From NCBI GenBank assembly GCA_964467905.1, contig CAYXSY010000002.1, positions 13,545-77,544 of the forward strand: a stretch of 64,000 nucleotides of DNA, read 5' to 3'. The notes below the pieces were generated by a model. That model had not been told where the DNA came from and did not search any database. It was given only the letters and a program-made list of their open reading frames with translations. This document shows positions 19,461 to 28,564 of the stretch, piece by piece; within the stretch, counting starts at the first letter, position 1, and every line of letters begins with the position of its first letter. This DNA comes from an uncultured Planctomycetales bacterium (GTDB lineage Bacteria; Omnitrophota; Gorgyraeia; Gygaellales; Profunditerraquicolaceae). The position numbers and the translations under genes were made by a program.

Positions 19461-20260
19461 ACGCCCTTCTCTTTAATGGCTATAGCCCTTGTAGGGCAGA
19501 CTTTAAAACATTCTCCCACATTACTACAAATATTATAATCGATTACGGCCAAATTGTTAACTATCTTTATTGCCCCTTTAGGACAGCTCTTTTCACATTT
19601 ATGGCAAGCGATACAGCCAACAGAACAAACCTGCATAACATTTTTACCCATCTCAAGAGATTTGCACCGGACCGCGTAATATTTTCCGGACTCAACAAGG
19701 CTGAATAGTTTCTTCGGGCACGCCGCCACACACCTGCCGCAGGCAACACACTTTTGTTCATCGACTACAGGCAAATCATCTTCATTCATCTTAATAGCAC
19801 CGAAAGGACACGCCTTAACGCAAGTACCAAATCCAACACAACCATACTCACAGCCTTTTGGACCGCCCGAAATTAAACTCGCAGCCACGCAATCTTTAAG
19901 CCCGCGATAAACAAACTTGTCTTTAGCCCTTTTATTACCACCATAACAATGCAAAACTGCTACGGTTTTAATCTTTTCCTGAAGCTTTAAACCAAGAATC
20001 TCGGCAATCTCCCCCCTAGTTTCCTGGGTCATTACAACGCACTTCTCAATGCTACAGCTACCATGAATCAGGCCTTCAGCAAACCCCATACATCCAGGCA
20101 TGCCGCAAGCACCACAATTTGCCCCTGGGAGCTTAGCCAAGATTTTCTCAAAGCGCGGGTCAGCTTTGACGCAGAATTTCTTACTGGCAAAAGCAAGTCC
20201 GACGCCAAACAATATACCTAATCCAGATAAAGCAATAATCGGCTGTATAATATTCATCAT
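19442..20260 (-). CDS. rnfB: Rnf complex subunit B (polyferredoxin)
   Basis: N-terminal TM segment, a CGACGxPGC motif, and several CxxCxxCxxxCP 4Fe-4S motifs. Confidence 0.85.
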   Translation of the reverse strand: MMNIIQPIIALSGLGILFGVGLAFASKKFCVKADPRFEKILAKLPGANCGACGMPGCMGFAEGLIHGSCSIEKCVVMTQETRGEIAEILGLKLQEKIKTVAVLHCYGGNKRAKDKFVYRGLKDCVAASLISGGPKGCEYGCVGFGTCVKACPFGAIKMNEDDLPVVDEQKCVACGRCVAACPKKLFSLVESGKYYAVRCKSLEMGKNVMQVCSVGCIACHKCEKSCPKGAIKIVNNLAVIDYNICSNVGECFKVCPTRAIAIKEKGVWDNTK

Positions 20261-20869
20261 TTAAAATTTAAATCCGTTAAATCCCATAAATGCAAGGCTC
20301 ATAAGCGAAGCGACCATAAAAGCTATCGGGATCCCGCGCATGTATTTTGGGACATCCGATAATTCCAAGCGCTCCCTTATGCCTGACATAAGCAATAACG
20401 CTAACAGAAAACCTACCCCCGCAAAAAATGCCTGAAAAGTAGCATAAGCAAAACTATAAGGCACTGCTTTATCTTGTATAAAAAAGATATTAATATTTAA
20501 AATCGTAACTCCAAGGACAGCACAATTGGTAGTAATCAACGGCAAATAAATACCCATGCTCCTGTACAAGGTAGGAGAATATTTACGTATTACCATTTCA
20601 ATAAATTGCACGAACGCAGCGATAACAAGGATAAAACTTATAGTACGCAGATAGCCTATATTAAAAGGAACAAGGATATAATTATATAAAGCCCAAGTTA
20701 TTACCGAAGAACAGGTCATAACAAATATCACTGCCAACCCCATAGAAACAGCGGGCTTTGTTTCTTTCGAGACACCCAAGAAAGGACACAACCCAAGAAA
20801 TTTGGAAAGAATAAAATTCTGCACAAAAACCATATTTATTGCTATAGCTATAATCTTGCCTATTTCCAT
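20261..20869 (-). CDS. rnfA: Rnf complex subunit A
   Basis: Polytopic RnfA/NqrE-like sequence. ATG at 20869 (MEIGKII...) lies 1 nt after the rnfE stop. The track's longer start overlaps rnfE. Confidence 0.9.
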   Translation of the reverse strand: MEIGKIIAIAINMVFVQNFILSKFLGLCPFLGVSKETKPAVSMGLAVIFVMTCSSVITWALYNYILVPFNIGYLRTISFILVIAAFVQFIEMVIRKYSPTLYRSMGIYLPLITTNCAVLGVTILNINIFFIQDKAVPYSFAYATFQAFFAGVGFLLALLLMSGIRERLELSDVPKYMRGIPIAFMVASLMSLAFMGFNGFKF

Positions 20870-20870
20870 A

Positions 20871-21488
20871 TTAATGACCGCATCCGCCCTTTCTATCCAC
20901 ATTCTTACCCTTAAGCAAGTTGACAAAAGCAATGAGCAACCCTAATGTAAGCAGCGCTCCGGGAGAAAGTATAAATACCGTTATCGGTTCAAATCCATGC
21001 AAAACCTTAAAACCTAAGATACTACCCGAACCTAATAACTCACGCACAAACGCTATCGCACTTAATCCTAACGTAAAACCTATACCCATGCCTAAGCCAT
21101 CAGCTAGAGACGGCATAATCGGGTTTTTGGAAGCAAATGCTTCGGCCCTGGCCAAAATAATACAATTTACCACAATTAACGGAACAAAAATGCCTAAGGC
21201 CTGATCCAGCTGCGGGAGATACGCCTTCATCATCAACTCGCAGATAGTTACAAAAGTAGCGATGATAACGATGAACGCCGGCAGACGTATCTTATCCGGT
21301 ATGAAATTTCTGACTGCAGAGATTATCCCGTTTGAACCCACCAAGACAAAAGTAGCTGCAGCCCCCATGCCAAGAGCGTTAATTAAGGAAGTGGACACCG
21401 CCAGTGTCGGACATAATCCTAATATCATACAAAATGTAGGATTTTCTAAGGTAATGCCTTTGGTAAATTCTCTAATGAGTTTTTTCAT
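20871..21488 (-). CDS. rnfE: Rnf complex subunit E
   Basis: RnfE/NqrD-like (NPTFCMILGLCPTLAVS, VPLIVVNCIIL). Confidence 0.9.
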   Translation of the reverse strand: MKKLIREFTKGITLENPTFCMILGLCPTLAVSTSLINALGMGAAATFVLVGSNGIISAVRNFIPDKIRLPAFIVIIATFVTICELMMKAYLPQLDQALGIFVPLIVVNCIILARAEAFASKNPIMPSLADGLGMGIGFTLGLSAIAFVRELLGSGSILGFKVLHGFEPITVFILSPGALLTLGLLIAFVNLLKGKNVDRKGGCGH

Positions 21489-21567
21489 AATCTTAGTAAC
21501 TAGTAAGCTCGTAACTAGTAACTCGTAATTCTAAAAAATTCTCTATTTTCTAATTACTCGTTATCTA

Positions 21568-21583
21568 CCTGCCGGCAGGCAGG
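21568..21583. repeat. copy C (partial) of the GC palindrome, CCTGCCGGCAGGCAGG, in the rnfD-rnfE spacer
   Basis: Embedded in a longer imperfect inverted repeat: GTAACTAGTA (21511-21520) pairs with TACTAGTTAC (21597-21606), and ACTCG with CGAGT. GTAAC-type heptamer words lie at 21497-21530. Confidence 0.8.
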
Positions 21584-21598
21584 CGAGTTACGGATGTA

Positions 21599-22561
21599 CT
21601 AGTTACGTATTTTTGTGCCGTAAATACGCGGCTTCACATACCGGTCAATTAACGGCACAAAGGCATTCATAATCAGTATAGAATATGAGACACCCTCAGG
21701 ATATCCTCCGAAACGCCGGATGATAAAAGTAACCAATCCACATGCCGCACCGAATATCAACTGGCCGTTACCGGTCAGAGGCGTAGTTACGTAGTCTGTA
21801 GCCATAAAGAATGCACCTAAGATAAGTCCTCCGGATAGTATGCTGAATAAGAAATCGCCCTTAAACATACCTTCGCTACCGAAGACATAACTTAAGAGGC
21901 CTACAGTCAGAATAAAGCTAAGCGGCGTCTGCCACCAAATATACTGTTTCCATAATAAATATATCGCACCGATAAGCAGGGCTAAAATACAAACTTCCCC
22001 TAAGCATCCGCCGCGATTACCAATAAATAAATCCCAATATGACAGATGCATCCCTGATAAACCGGCTAATCCCCCCTCCTTAAATACCGTAAGAGGCGTG
22101 GCTTGAGTTACCGCATCTACACTTAACGGCCTGCTAAAATGAGTCATATATGCCGGCCAGGAAGCCATAAGAAAAGCCCTTGCGGCTAAAGCCGGATTAA
22201 AAATATTTCTTCCCAATCCGCCGAAAAGCTGTTTAACTACAAAAATAGCAAAGAAACCTCCGATAAGCGGCATCCATAGCGGAACGGTTGAAGATAAGTT
22301 ATACGCAAGCAACAGTCCTGTCAGGGCTGCGGATCCGTCTTTGATAGTTATTTCCTTATGCATGAGTTTTTGGATAAGAGCTTCGCTGATAACGCAGCTG
22401 GCTACGGATACTGCTATAACTTTTAAGGCTGATAAACCGAAGAAAACTACCCCAGCGATACCCGAAGGCAAAAGTGCGAAAAATACCGACCACATTATCT
22501 TTGGGGTTGTCTCGTGACTGGTTATATGCGGAGAAGGACCGACAATTAATTTATCTGACAT
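21599..22561 (-). CDS. rnfD: Rnf complex subunit D
   Basis: RnfD/NqrB-like polytopic protein (GRNIFNPALAARAF, FFMATDYVTTP). Confidence 0.9.
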   Translation of the reverse strand: MSDKLIVGPSPHITSHETTPKIMWSVFFALLPSGIAGVVFFGLSALKVIAVSVASCVISEALIQKLMHKEITIKDGSAALTGLLLAYNLSSTVPLWMPLIGGFFAIFVVKQLFGGLGRNIFNPALAARAFLMASWPAYMTHFSRPLSVDAVTQATPLTVFKEGGLAGLSGMHLSYWDLFIGNRGGCLGEVCILALLIGAIYLLWKQYIWWQTPLSFILTVGLLSYVFGSEGMFKGDFLFSILSGGLILGAFFMATDYVTTPLTGNGQLIFGAACGLVTFIIRRFGGYPEGVSYSILIMNAFVPLIDRYVKPRIYGTKIRN

Positions 22562-23087
22562 CTTTAACTTCCTTGCTAAGTTCGGGCGTCAACTCCGAAA
22601 TCTTATCTTTTATACTGCTTATTACGGCGCGCGAAGAAATTGTCGCTCCGGTTATAGCCTGTACAGAGTTTAGAGAGCTTGTGTTCTTACCCTTAAACTG
22701 CCCGGTAAAATCCTGCTCTGCAACCCTGCTGCCTAATCCGGGAGTTTCATTCAATGATAAAACTTTAATTGCGCTGATATCAAGATTCAGGTCCAGGCCA
22801 ACCAAAGTCTCAATATCAGAAGAATAACCTTTACCGGATGCCTTAATGGCAAAACCCTGCAGATGCCCGGAGCTGTCATAAACAAGATAATAATCAAGTT
22901 TATCGGCGCTAATATGCGCCTTAAAATTAGCCGCCTGCGGGAATACTGCTTCTAAAGCAGCTTTCTCCTCTTTTTCATTTTGCAACTTTATCTGCGGCTG
23001 CGTAAAACCGTTGACTACCGCCAGCAAAGCGCTTGAGATAATACAAATAACTCCCAGAACTGCTCCAAATTTAACGGGTTCTTTCAT
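22551..23087 (-). CDS. rnfG: Rnf complex subunit G (FMN-binding)
   Basis: N-terminal TM segment, ETPGLG, and the flavinylation motif ITGATISSRAV. Confidence 0.85.
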   Translation of the reverse strand: MKEPVKFGAVLGVICIISSALLAVVNGFTQPQIKLQNEKEEKAALEAVFPQAANFKAHISADKLDYYLVYDSSGHLQGFAIKASGKGYSSDIETLVGLDLNLDISAIKVLSLNETPGLGSRVAEQDFTGQFKGKNTSSLNSVQAITGATISSRAVISSIKDKISELTPELSKEVKDVR

Positions 23088-24367
23088 TTATTCACCATCA
23101 TTTTTGCATATTTTATCGCCTGTACAAGGTTAATCTTTTGCGGACAGACATAATTACAGCTGCCGCATTCAATACAATCCAAACATCCTTCTAGGCGCGC
23201 CTGCTGCCAGTTCCTGCTGCTCGATGACAAAGCAATACTGCAAGGCATCAGCCCAACGGGGCAATTCTGCACGCAGCGGCTACAACGTATGCAAGAATTT
23301 ATCTGGCGCAAGTCCTTTATAGCGCCCTTTAGAAGTAACAAAGCATTCGTACTCTTGATAACCGGCGCATCCAAACTAAACTGAGCCACTCCCATCATCG
23401 GACCGCCAGAAATCACCGTAGCCGCTTCGCTCTTAAGCGGCGAACAGAATTCGACTAGCTCTTTAAAAGGCGTGCCTATACGCACCAACAGATTCTTCGG
23501 GTTACTTAAACAATCTCCGGTTACGGTAACTACCCTTTCATATAAAGGTTTCGCCAAATAAACTGCTTCATATATAGCAAAAATCGTGGCTACATTCTGC
23601 ACAACCACACCTATGTCAAACGGCAGTTTACCACTGGGTACTTCTTTGTCTAAAACACTCTTGATGAGCTGTTTTTCTCCCCCTTGCGGGTATACACTGG
23701 TAAGGACTTTTACCTCATACCCCTTGCCACTTACCCCAGCCCTGAATTTATCTATTGCCTCCGGTTTGTTGTTTTCTATAGCAATATAAACCTTCCCCAC
23801 CCCCAGGCATCTTGCAACTAACTCCACCCCCCTGATTATCTCCTGTGTCTTCTCGACCATCAAACGGTCATCCGATGTTATATAAGGCTCACACTCTGCC
23901 CCATTGATAATCAGCGTATCTACCGGCTTGGCGGGATTAAGTTTTATATGTGTCGGGAAAGACGCTCCGCCCATCCCCACAATACCTGCTTCAAAAACAA
24001 TGTTTCTTATCTCCTGGGGAGTTATCTTGTCTATCTGTTCCTGCGATTTTACAGCCTTATGGATTTCTGATTTATCCTGCCCATCACTTTCGATAATTAT
24101 TGCTTTGGCTCTACCCAGCACTGGATGCGGACGGTCTTCTATCGCTAAGACTCTCCCCGAAACAGATGAATGAACCAGAGCAAAAACATGGGCTTGGGCA
24201 GAAGCAATCCTCTGTCCTGTGCTGACATAATCTCCGACTTTTACCTCTATATCAGAACAAGGTTTTCCTAGATGCTGAATGATAGGTATGTAAACCTTGG
24301 CAGGCAATGCCAGTTTCTGAATTGGGTTGTGTTCGGTAAGAACTTTATTCTCTGCTAATTTAACCAT
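23084..24367 (-). CDS. rnfC: Rnf complex subunit C
   Basis: GIVGMGGASFPTH, a SLBB-like region, and two C-terminal CxxCxxCxxxCP clusters. Confidence 0.9.
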   Translation of the reverse strand: MVKLAENKVLTEHNPIQKLALPAKVYIPIIQHLGKPCSDIEVKVGDYVSTGQRIASAQAHVFALVHSSVSGRVLAIEDRPHPVLGRAKAIIIESDGQDKSEIHKAVKSQEQIDKITPQEIRNIVFEAGIVGMGGASFPTHIKLNPAKPVDTLIINGAECEPYITSDDRLMVEKTQEIIRGVELVARCLGVGKVYIAIENNKPEAIDKFRAGVSGKGYEVKVLTSVYPQGGEKQLIKSVLDKEVPSGKLPFDIGVVVQNVATIFAIYEAVYLAKPLYERVVTVTGDCLSNPKNLLVRIGTPFKELVEFCSPLKSEAATVISGGPMMGVAQFSLDAPVIKSTNALLLLKGAIKDLRQINSCIRCSRCVQNCPVGLMPCSIALSSSSRNWQQARLEGCLDCIECGSCNYVCPQKINLVQAIKYAKMMVNK

Positions 24368-25611
24368 GACATCTTCCTGGAATATATAAAACTTATGAGT
24401 CCAATCAGGCTAAAAACTACCCCCACGCTCATAAGGACTGCCGCGTGAGAAAATCTCTCAGCGAAGAAACTGCCCAAGAACATAAACAACATGAAGCCGG
24501 AATGCATAGCAATCTCGATAGAACTAAAGGTTTTGCCCATCATTGAAGTATCGCTTGCATGATGTACTATAGTGTTTGAGGCTATCATAATCGGAGCGAC
24601 AAATAACCCTAAGAGGAAAGATAAAACTGCTGCAACAATAAAATACGGATAGCTCTCTAATACAGATGAAAACACAACCAACATTATACCGCTGGTAATT
24701 AAAGATAAGAATATTATTTTATAGTGCGATAACCTCTGTCCAAATCTGCCGTAAATAAGCGAACCTAAGAAAAGCCCAAGCCCCAGAAACATTATTAAGA
24801 ACCCTAAATCCAGGGTCACGGAATTTAATGTCTGCCGTATAAATACAATCCCGACTACATAAATAGAGCCTCCTGCGGCACCGAGTAAAAACATAATCAG
24901 GCCTGTAAAACGCACCGCTTTCTGCCTGATAAAATAAACCAAACCCTCTCTTACCTCCTGTATAACCGATTTTTTGATTGCTTCAACGATCTGTCCTGCC
25001 ATTTCTTTTATCTTAAGATGCCTTTCCCTGCCGGGAACCTTAATAAGAAAAATAAGGGTTGCAGAGACAAAGAAACTTAAGGCATCCATATAGAACCCGC
25101 CTGCGGAACCCATATATTCTACGATCAGGCCGCCGATGGCAAAACCGGCGATAGCAGCAATCATGCCCGTTATATTCACCAGAGAGTTCCCTATAAGCAG
25201 GTCTTCTTTAGAAACTATCTCGGGGATAATAGACATTTTTGCCGGGACAAAGAATCTGCCTATAGAAAATGTCAGAAATATCAACAGATATATAAGCCCA
25301 AGGGCATCTTTAGACATTAAAAACAAAGGAATAAACAGGACCAAAGCCGACCTTAAGAAATCCGATATAAACATGGTATTACGCCTGTTCCATCTGTCAA
25401 CATAGACCCCGGCAACAGGCCCGATGAGAAACACAGGAAGTATAGTAAAAGAAAGTAGTTTGGCTAATTGGATACTGGAGCCTGGGGCATCGGTTGGGAT
25501 AAAACCAATCAAGGCCATCTGGCCGAAACGATCGCCAAGCTGAGAAATAATTTGCCCCAGCCAAAGCAAAAAGAAATTACGGTTCCTCAGGATCTCGGTA
25601 AATTTTGACAT
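24355..25611 (-). CDS. MFS transporter
   Basis: About 12 predicted TM helices with the DRWNRR loop motif after TM2. I prefer ATG at 25611, because the track start at 25626 is a TTG abutting the tRNA. Confidence 0.8.
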   Translation of the reverse strand: MSKFTEILRNRNFFLLWLGQIISQLGDRFGQMALIGFIPTDAPGSSIQLAKLLSFTILPVFLIGPVAGVYVDRWNRRNTMFISDFLRSALVLFIPLFLMSKDALGLIYLLIFLTFSIGRFFVPAKMSIIPEIVSKEDLLIGNSLVNITGMIAAIAGFAIGGLIVEYMGSAGGFYMDALSFFVSATLIFLIKVPGRERHLKIKEMAGQIVEAIKKSVIQEVREGLVYFIRQKAVRFTGLIMFLLGAAGGSIYVVGIVFIRQTLNSVTLDLGFLIMFLGLGLFLGSLIYGRFGQRLSHYKIIFLSLITSGIMLVVFSSVLESYPYFIVAAVLSFLLGLFVAPIMIASNTIVHHASDTSMMGKTFSSIEIAMHSGFMLFMFLGSFFAERFSHAAVLMSVGVVFSLIGLISFIYSRKMSWLN

Positions 25612-25626
25612 AAAAGACAGAAACAA

Positions 25627-25699
25627 AGCCGATGAGAGGGATCGAACCTCCGACCCGCGCTTTACGAAAGCGCTGCTCTACCAACTGAGCTACATCGGC
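25627..25699 (-). tRNA. tRNA-Thr (anticodon CGU)
   Basis: The minus strand reads GCCGATGTAGCTCAGTTGGTAGAGCAGCGCTTTCGTAAAGCGCGGGTCGGAGGTTCGATCCCTCTCATCGGCT. This folds as a cloverleaf with anticodon loop TTCGTAA. Confidence 0.9.
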
Positions 25700-25873
25700 A
25701 GGAATATTACGCAGCCTACCAAAGCTATAAACTCTAAAGAATAAAAGAGTTAAGCCGCAATTCAATACAGCTAATAAATTATATCAACTTTTAAGTAATA
25801 GTCAATGCAACTCTATGCTCGTCCGGAGGCCGATTGATAAAGCCGATTCCTTAAGGGATTATGTAAAAAATGG

Positions 25874-25901
25874 TTGACAAACCACCAAAAAGTGATATAA
25901 T
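25874..25901 (+). promoter_or_regulatory. sigma-70-type promoter for cspA
   Basis: TTGACA (25874-25879), a 16-nt spacer ending in TGa, then TATAAT (25896-25901). It leaves a ~175-nt leader, which is typical of cold-shock genes. Confidence 0.6.
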
Positions 25902-26083
25902 TTTTAACAAATCAGCAAGGTTTTAAAAGGAGTTACCTATTTTTTGCAAGGATTTAACATACCGTAAAGCAATGAAATATAAGGAATTACTTTGCTTTAC
26001 GGTTTTTTATTAATTCCGCCCAAAGCGGAATGCAACGCCCCGGATAACCCGGGGATTCATTTGAGGAGGTGAAATAGTAACAA

Positions 26084-26290
26084 ATGGCAAAAGGTAAAGT
26101 GAAATGGTTCAGTAATCAAAAAGGCTACGGTTTTATCACGGGTGAAGACGGCAAAGACGTATTTGTCCATCACACCGCAATCAAAGGCGAAGGCTACAAA
26201 ACCTTGGAAGAAGGACAAGAAGTAGAATTTGACGTAACCCAGGGACCTAAAGGAGACCAAGCTACCAACGTAAGCAAGTTAGGTAAATAG
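26084..26290 (+). CDS. cspA: cold-shock protein (CspA family)
   Basis: [15 protein letters not shown] (RNP1) and VFVHHTAI (RNP2). Confidence 0.95.
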   Translation: MAKGKVKWFSNQKGYGFITGEDGKDVFVHHTAIKGEGYKTLEEGQEVEFDVTQGPKGDQATNVSKLGK

Positions 26291-26313
26291 GCTCCTAAAA
26301 ATAAAAAAAATAA

Positions 26314-26349
26314 CCCCCCGTACTGATAACTCAATGCGGGGGGTTTTTA
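26314..26349. terminator. bidirectional rho-independent terminator between cspA and the convergent 172-aa gene
   Basis: CCCCCCG...CGGGGGG stem followed by TTTTT on the plus strand, with an A-rich run on the other side. Confidence 0.7.
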
Positions 26350-26361
26350 TATCTTACGCAA

Positions 26362-26880
26362 TTATTCCTTTACGAATTTACCTCCAACCCAAACCCAAGA
26401 ATCCCAGGCAGGCATGAATGTCGAAGTATTATTAAGCTTGGAAGCTTTACCGACCCTAATCTTAGGTATAGTCTGAAAATCTGTATCTAATCCGTATTCG
26501 CTGGTAGCGGAGAAAATCTTATATAATTTGTTATTTTTCAATTGGTAAACTACGATGTTCTCTTTTTTATCCGGACCGTCAAAATGTACCACCAGCTTCT
26601 TAAATCCATCGTAATCAAAATCTACTAGTTCTAGCTTTATGATTTTTCCGGGAATCACCAGGCTATCTATAATGTCTTTTGTCTTGTTTCTTTCTTTCAC
26701 CGATAAAACAAACACGCCTTCGCTCGAGTATTTATCTTCTATCTCGACAATCTTCTTTTTACTATCAGCACCTAAATCAGCGTTATAAGACTGAATGTTC
26801 TTGTTATTTTCTTTAGCATAAACAACGCCCACAGAACCAAAAGATAACAACAATAATAAGACTGCAAGAAAAATCCTCAT
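26362..26880 (-). CDS. secreted protein of unknown function
   Basis: Cleavable signal peptide (MRIFLAVLLLLLSFGSVGVVYA) and a GGAGG Shine-Dalgarno upstream. Confidence 0.6.
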   Translation of the reverse strand: MRIFLAVLLLLLSFGSVGVVYAKENNKNIQSYNADLGADSKKKIVEIEDKYSSEGVFVLSVKERNKTKDIIDSLVIPGKIIKLELVDFDYDGFKKLVVHFDGPDKKENIVVYQLKNNKLYKIFSATSEYGLDTDFQTIPKIRVGKASKLNNTSTFMPAWDSWVWVGGKFVKE

Positions 26881-26930
26881 ATCGCCTCCTTGTTATTTAA
26901 TAATTATACCATCTAAATTAAAAACTGCAA

Positions 26931-26970
26931 AAACAAAAAAAGAGCAACTTTTTAAGCTGCTCTTTTTTCT
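26931..26970 (-). terminator. hairpin plus T-run; would terminate the tRNA-Phe transcript in the unoccupied site
   Basis: The minus strand reads AGAGCAGCttaaaaaGTTGCTCT followed by TTTTTTTT. A T-run is also present on the plus side. Confidence 0.55.
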
Positions 26971-27022
26971 ACATGGTGCCAAGATCCCTCGTTTCACTCG
27001 GGATCGGCACTGACATACAAAA

Positions 27023-27042
27023 ATATGGTGCCGAGGGAGGGA
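27023..27042. repeat. distal att direct repeat (ATATGGTGCCGAGGGAGGGA)
   Basis: 20/20 identical to 59891-59910, which covers the last 17 nt of tRNA-Phe plus 3 nt. It is followed by a 9-bp inverted repeat CGAGGGAGG/CCTCCCTCG (27032-27058). Confidence 0.9.
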
Positions 27043-27112
27043 TATTATACCTCCCTCGTACAAGTAGTTAATATAGCATAGGTTAGAATTGATGTCTATC
27101 ATTTTTGAGACT

Positions 27113-28222
27113 TTAGATGGACGATAAATCGTCCTGCTTTTTGGCTCCTAATGTGAATCTTTCCTTGAATATCCTGGCTTTGTAGTCTTCGGCCAAGTGC
27201 TTATACTTGTTCATGGTCTCGGCGTCAGCCCAACCGCCTAACTCCTGAATTACATCTAGAGGCACGCCACGCTCAGTCATAAGCGAGGCCCAAGAATGCC
27301 TAGTTTTGTGAAGTTTTTTAACCGGCAGTTCGGCTGCCTTACAGATTTTCTGGAACTCCTGACGGATCTTATCTTGGCCAAGGATCTTAGTGACCGAATT
27401 TACGAAAACCCACCTTTCGTTCTTCTTAGGCAATTCCTTTAATATAGGTAACAATTCCGGATGAATCGGTATCGTCCGCATTTCTTTGTCTTTAGGCTCA
27501 AAAAACAGCTTTTCGTTGATATGTTTTGGCTTGATGTAAATGCATCCACGCTCTAAGTCTAAATCCTGCCAAGTTAAGTACCTCAACTCATTCCTACGCA
27601 TGCCGGTATAAAAAAGAGTCGCAAAGATAGCGTGCCAGTTTATTTTCTTACAGAACTGCTTGGAAACCTCCAGTATCTTTAATACCTCTTCATCGCTATA
27701 GAAGAAACCATCCTGGCTAGGCACAGACAAGAGGCTGGTATTCTTCACCGGGTTTTCAATATGCAAGTTTTTCTCTTTGATTAGCAGATTAAATAAGTTA
27801 CTTAAGGTGTCCCTTTCAAAGTTAATGGTCACCGGGCTTATCCCATTTTTAAGCCGGTAATTCATAAATTCGCTAAAATGCCTAGTTTCCAGTTCGTCAA
27901 GATAGTTTAACGAAGGGTATTTTTCTACGATAAACTGCTTGAAGTTATTGATGATTTCCTTAAAGCGCTGTAAGCTATTCGGCTTAACTCTACCTTCCTT
28001 AATTTCGTAATAGGCCTCAATAGCCTGCTTCAACGTAACCCGGTAAGTAGGATACGGGCTATTTTTGCTCTTTAGCTGCTTAATATAATCCGCATAGGCG
28101 AATTTGGCTTCCTCTATAGTTTCGCCTAGCCTAATCCAGGGGCGTGAGCCATCTGGATTAGTTATCCGCATTACATAATACCTTCCCCTCTTTTTGGGGA
28201 ATTTCGGTAAACCTCTACTCAT
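27113..28222 (-). CDS. int: tyrosine recombinase / phage-type integrase
   Basis: SAM-like N-terminal domain plus a catalytic domain with ...YTGMRRNEL..., HKTRHSWAS (HxxR) and the ...MNKYKHL Tyr region. Confidence 0.9.
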   Translation of the reverse strand: MSRGLPKFPKKRGRYYVMRITNPDGSRPWIRLGETIEEAKFAYADYIKQLKSKNSPYPTYRVTLKQAIEAYYEIKEGRVKPNSLQRFKEIINNFKQFIVEKYPSLNYLDELETRHFSEFMNYRLKNGISPVTINFERDTLSNLFNLLIKEKNLHIENPVKNTSLLSVPSQDGFFYSDEEVLKILEVSKQFCKKINWHAIFATLFYTGMRRNELRYLTWQDLDLERGCIYIKPKHINEKLFFEPKDKEMRTIPIHPELLPILKELPKKNERWVFVNSVTKILGQDKIRQEFQKICKAAELPVKKLHKTRHSWASLMTERGVPLDVIQELGGWADAETMNKYKHLAEDYKARIFKERFTLGAKKQDDLSSI

Positions 28223-28416
28223 AATAATTTAGTATTAGCCACTGTTCCCGCCAGCCTTGAGTTCTCCCAGTTTTCCAAATCTTTTTCCCTGAATAACAGC
28301 TTTCCTCTGGGTTTAATATGCGGGATATGCTGAATCGAAGTCCACTCATAAAGCGTATGGATGGAAATTCCGTATCTTTCGCAAACGTCTTTAGGCTCTA
28401 AGAAAGTTTTCGTCAT
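28219..28416 (-). CDS. xis: excisionase-family / MerR-type HTH DNA-binding protein
   Basis: 65 aa. CERYGISIHTLYEWTSIQHIPHIKPRGKLLFREKDLENW fits the excisionase HTH pattern. It overlaps int by 4 nt. Confidence 0.75.
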   Translation of the reverse strand: MTKTFLEPKDVCERYGISIHTLYEWTSIQHIPHIKPRGKLLFREKDLENWENSRLAGTVANTKLL

Positions 28417-28450
28417 CTTTCTTGCCTCCTGGTTTTCTGTAGTTTATTTA

Positions 28451-28558
28451 GTGAAAGTATTCACCGTGATTTTATTCACATTATAGACAAAAGAATGCTG
28501 GTTGTCAAGAAAAAAGTGAATATTTTCACCTTGACTTTTTTCACATTATTGCTATTAT
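28451..28558. promoter_or_regulatory. divergent control region: two GTGAA-N4-TTCAC operators and a candidate promoter for the XRE gene
   Basis: GTGAAagtaTTCAC (28451-28464) and GTGAAtattTTCAC (28516-28529). Extra TTCAC half-sites at 28475 and 28540. TTGACT (28531-28536), 16 nt, then TATTAT (28553-28558). No Shine-Dalgarno lies before ATG at 28565, so the transcript may be leaderless. Confidence 0.55.
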
Positions 28559-28564
28559 ATACCC

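Noticed and set aside
25577-25765. 62-aa minus-strand ORF.
   Set aside because: It reads straight through tRNA-Thr.
26893-27102. 69-aa ORF between the secreted-protein gene and the integrase.
   Set aside because: It spans the terminator, the minihelix-like hairpin and the att repeat, and has no Shine-Dalgarno. It is non-coding.
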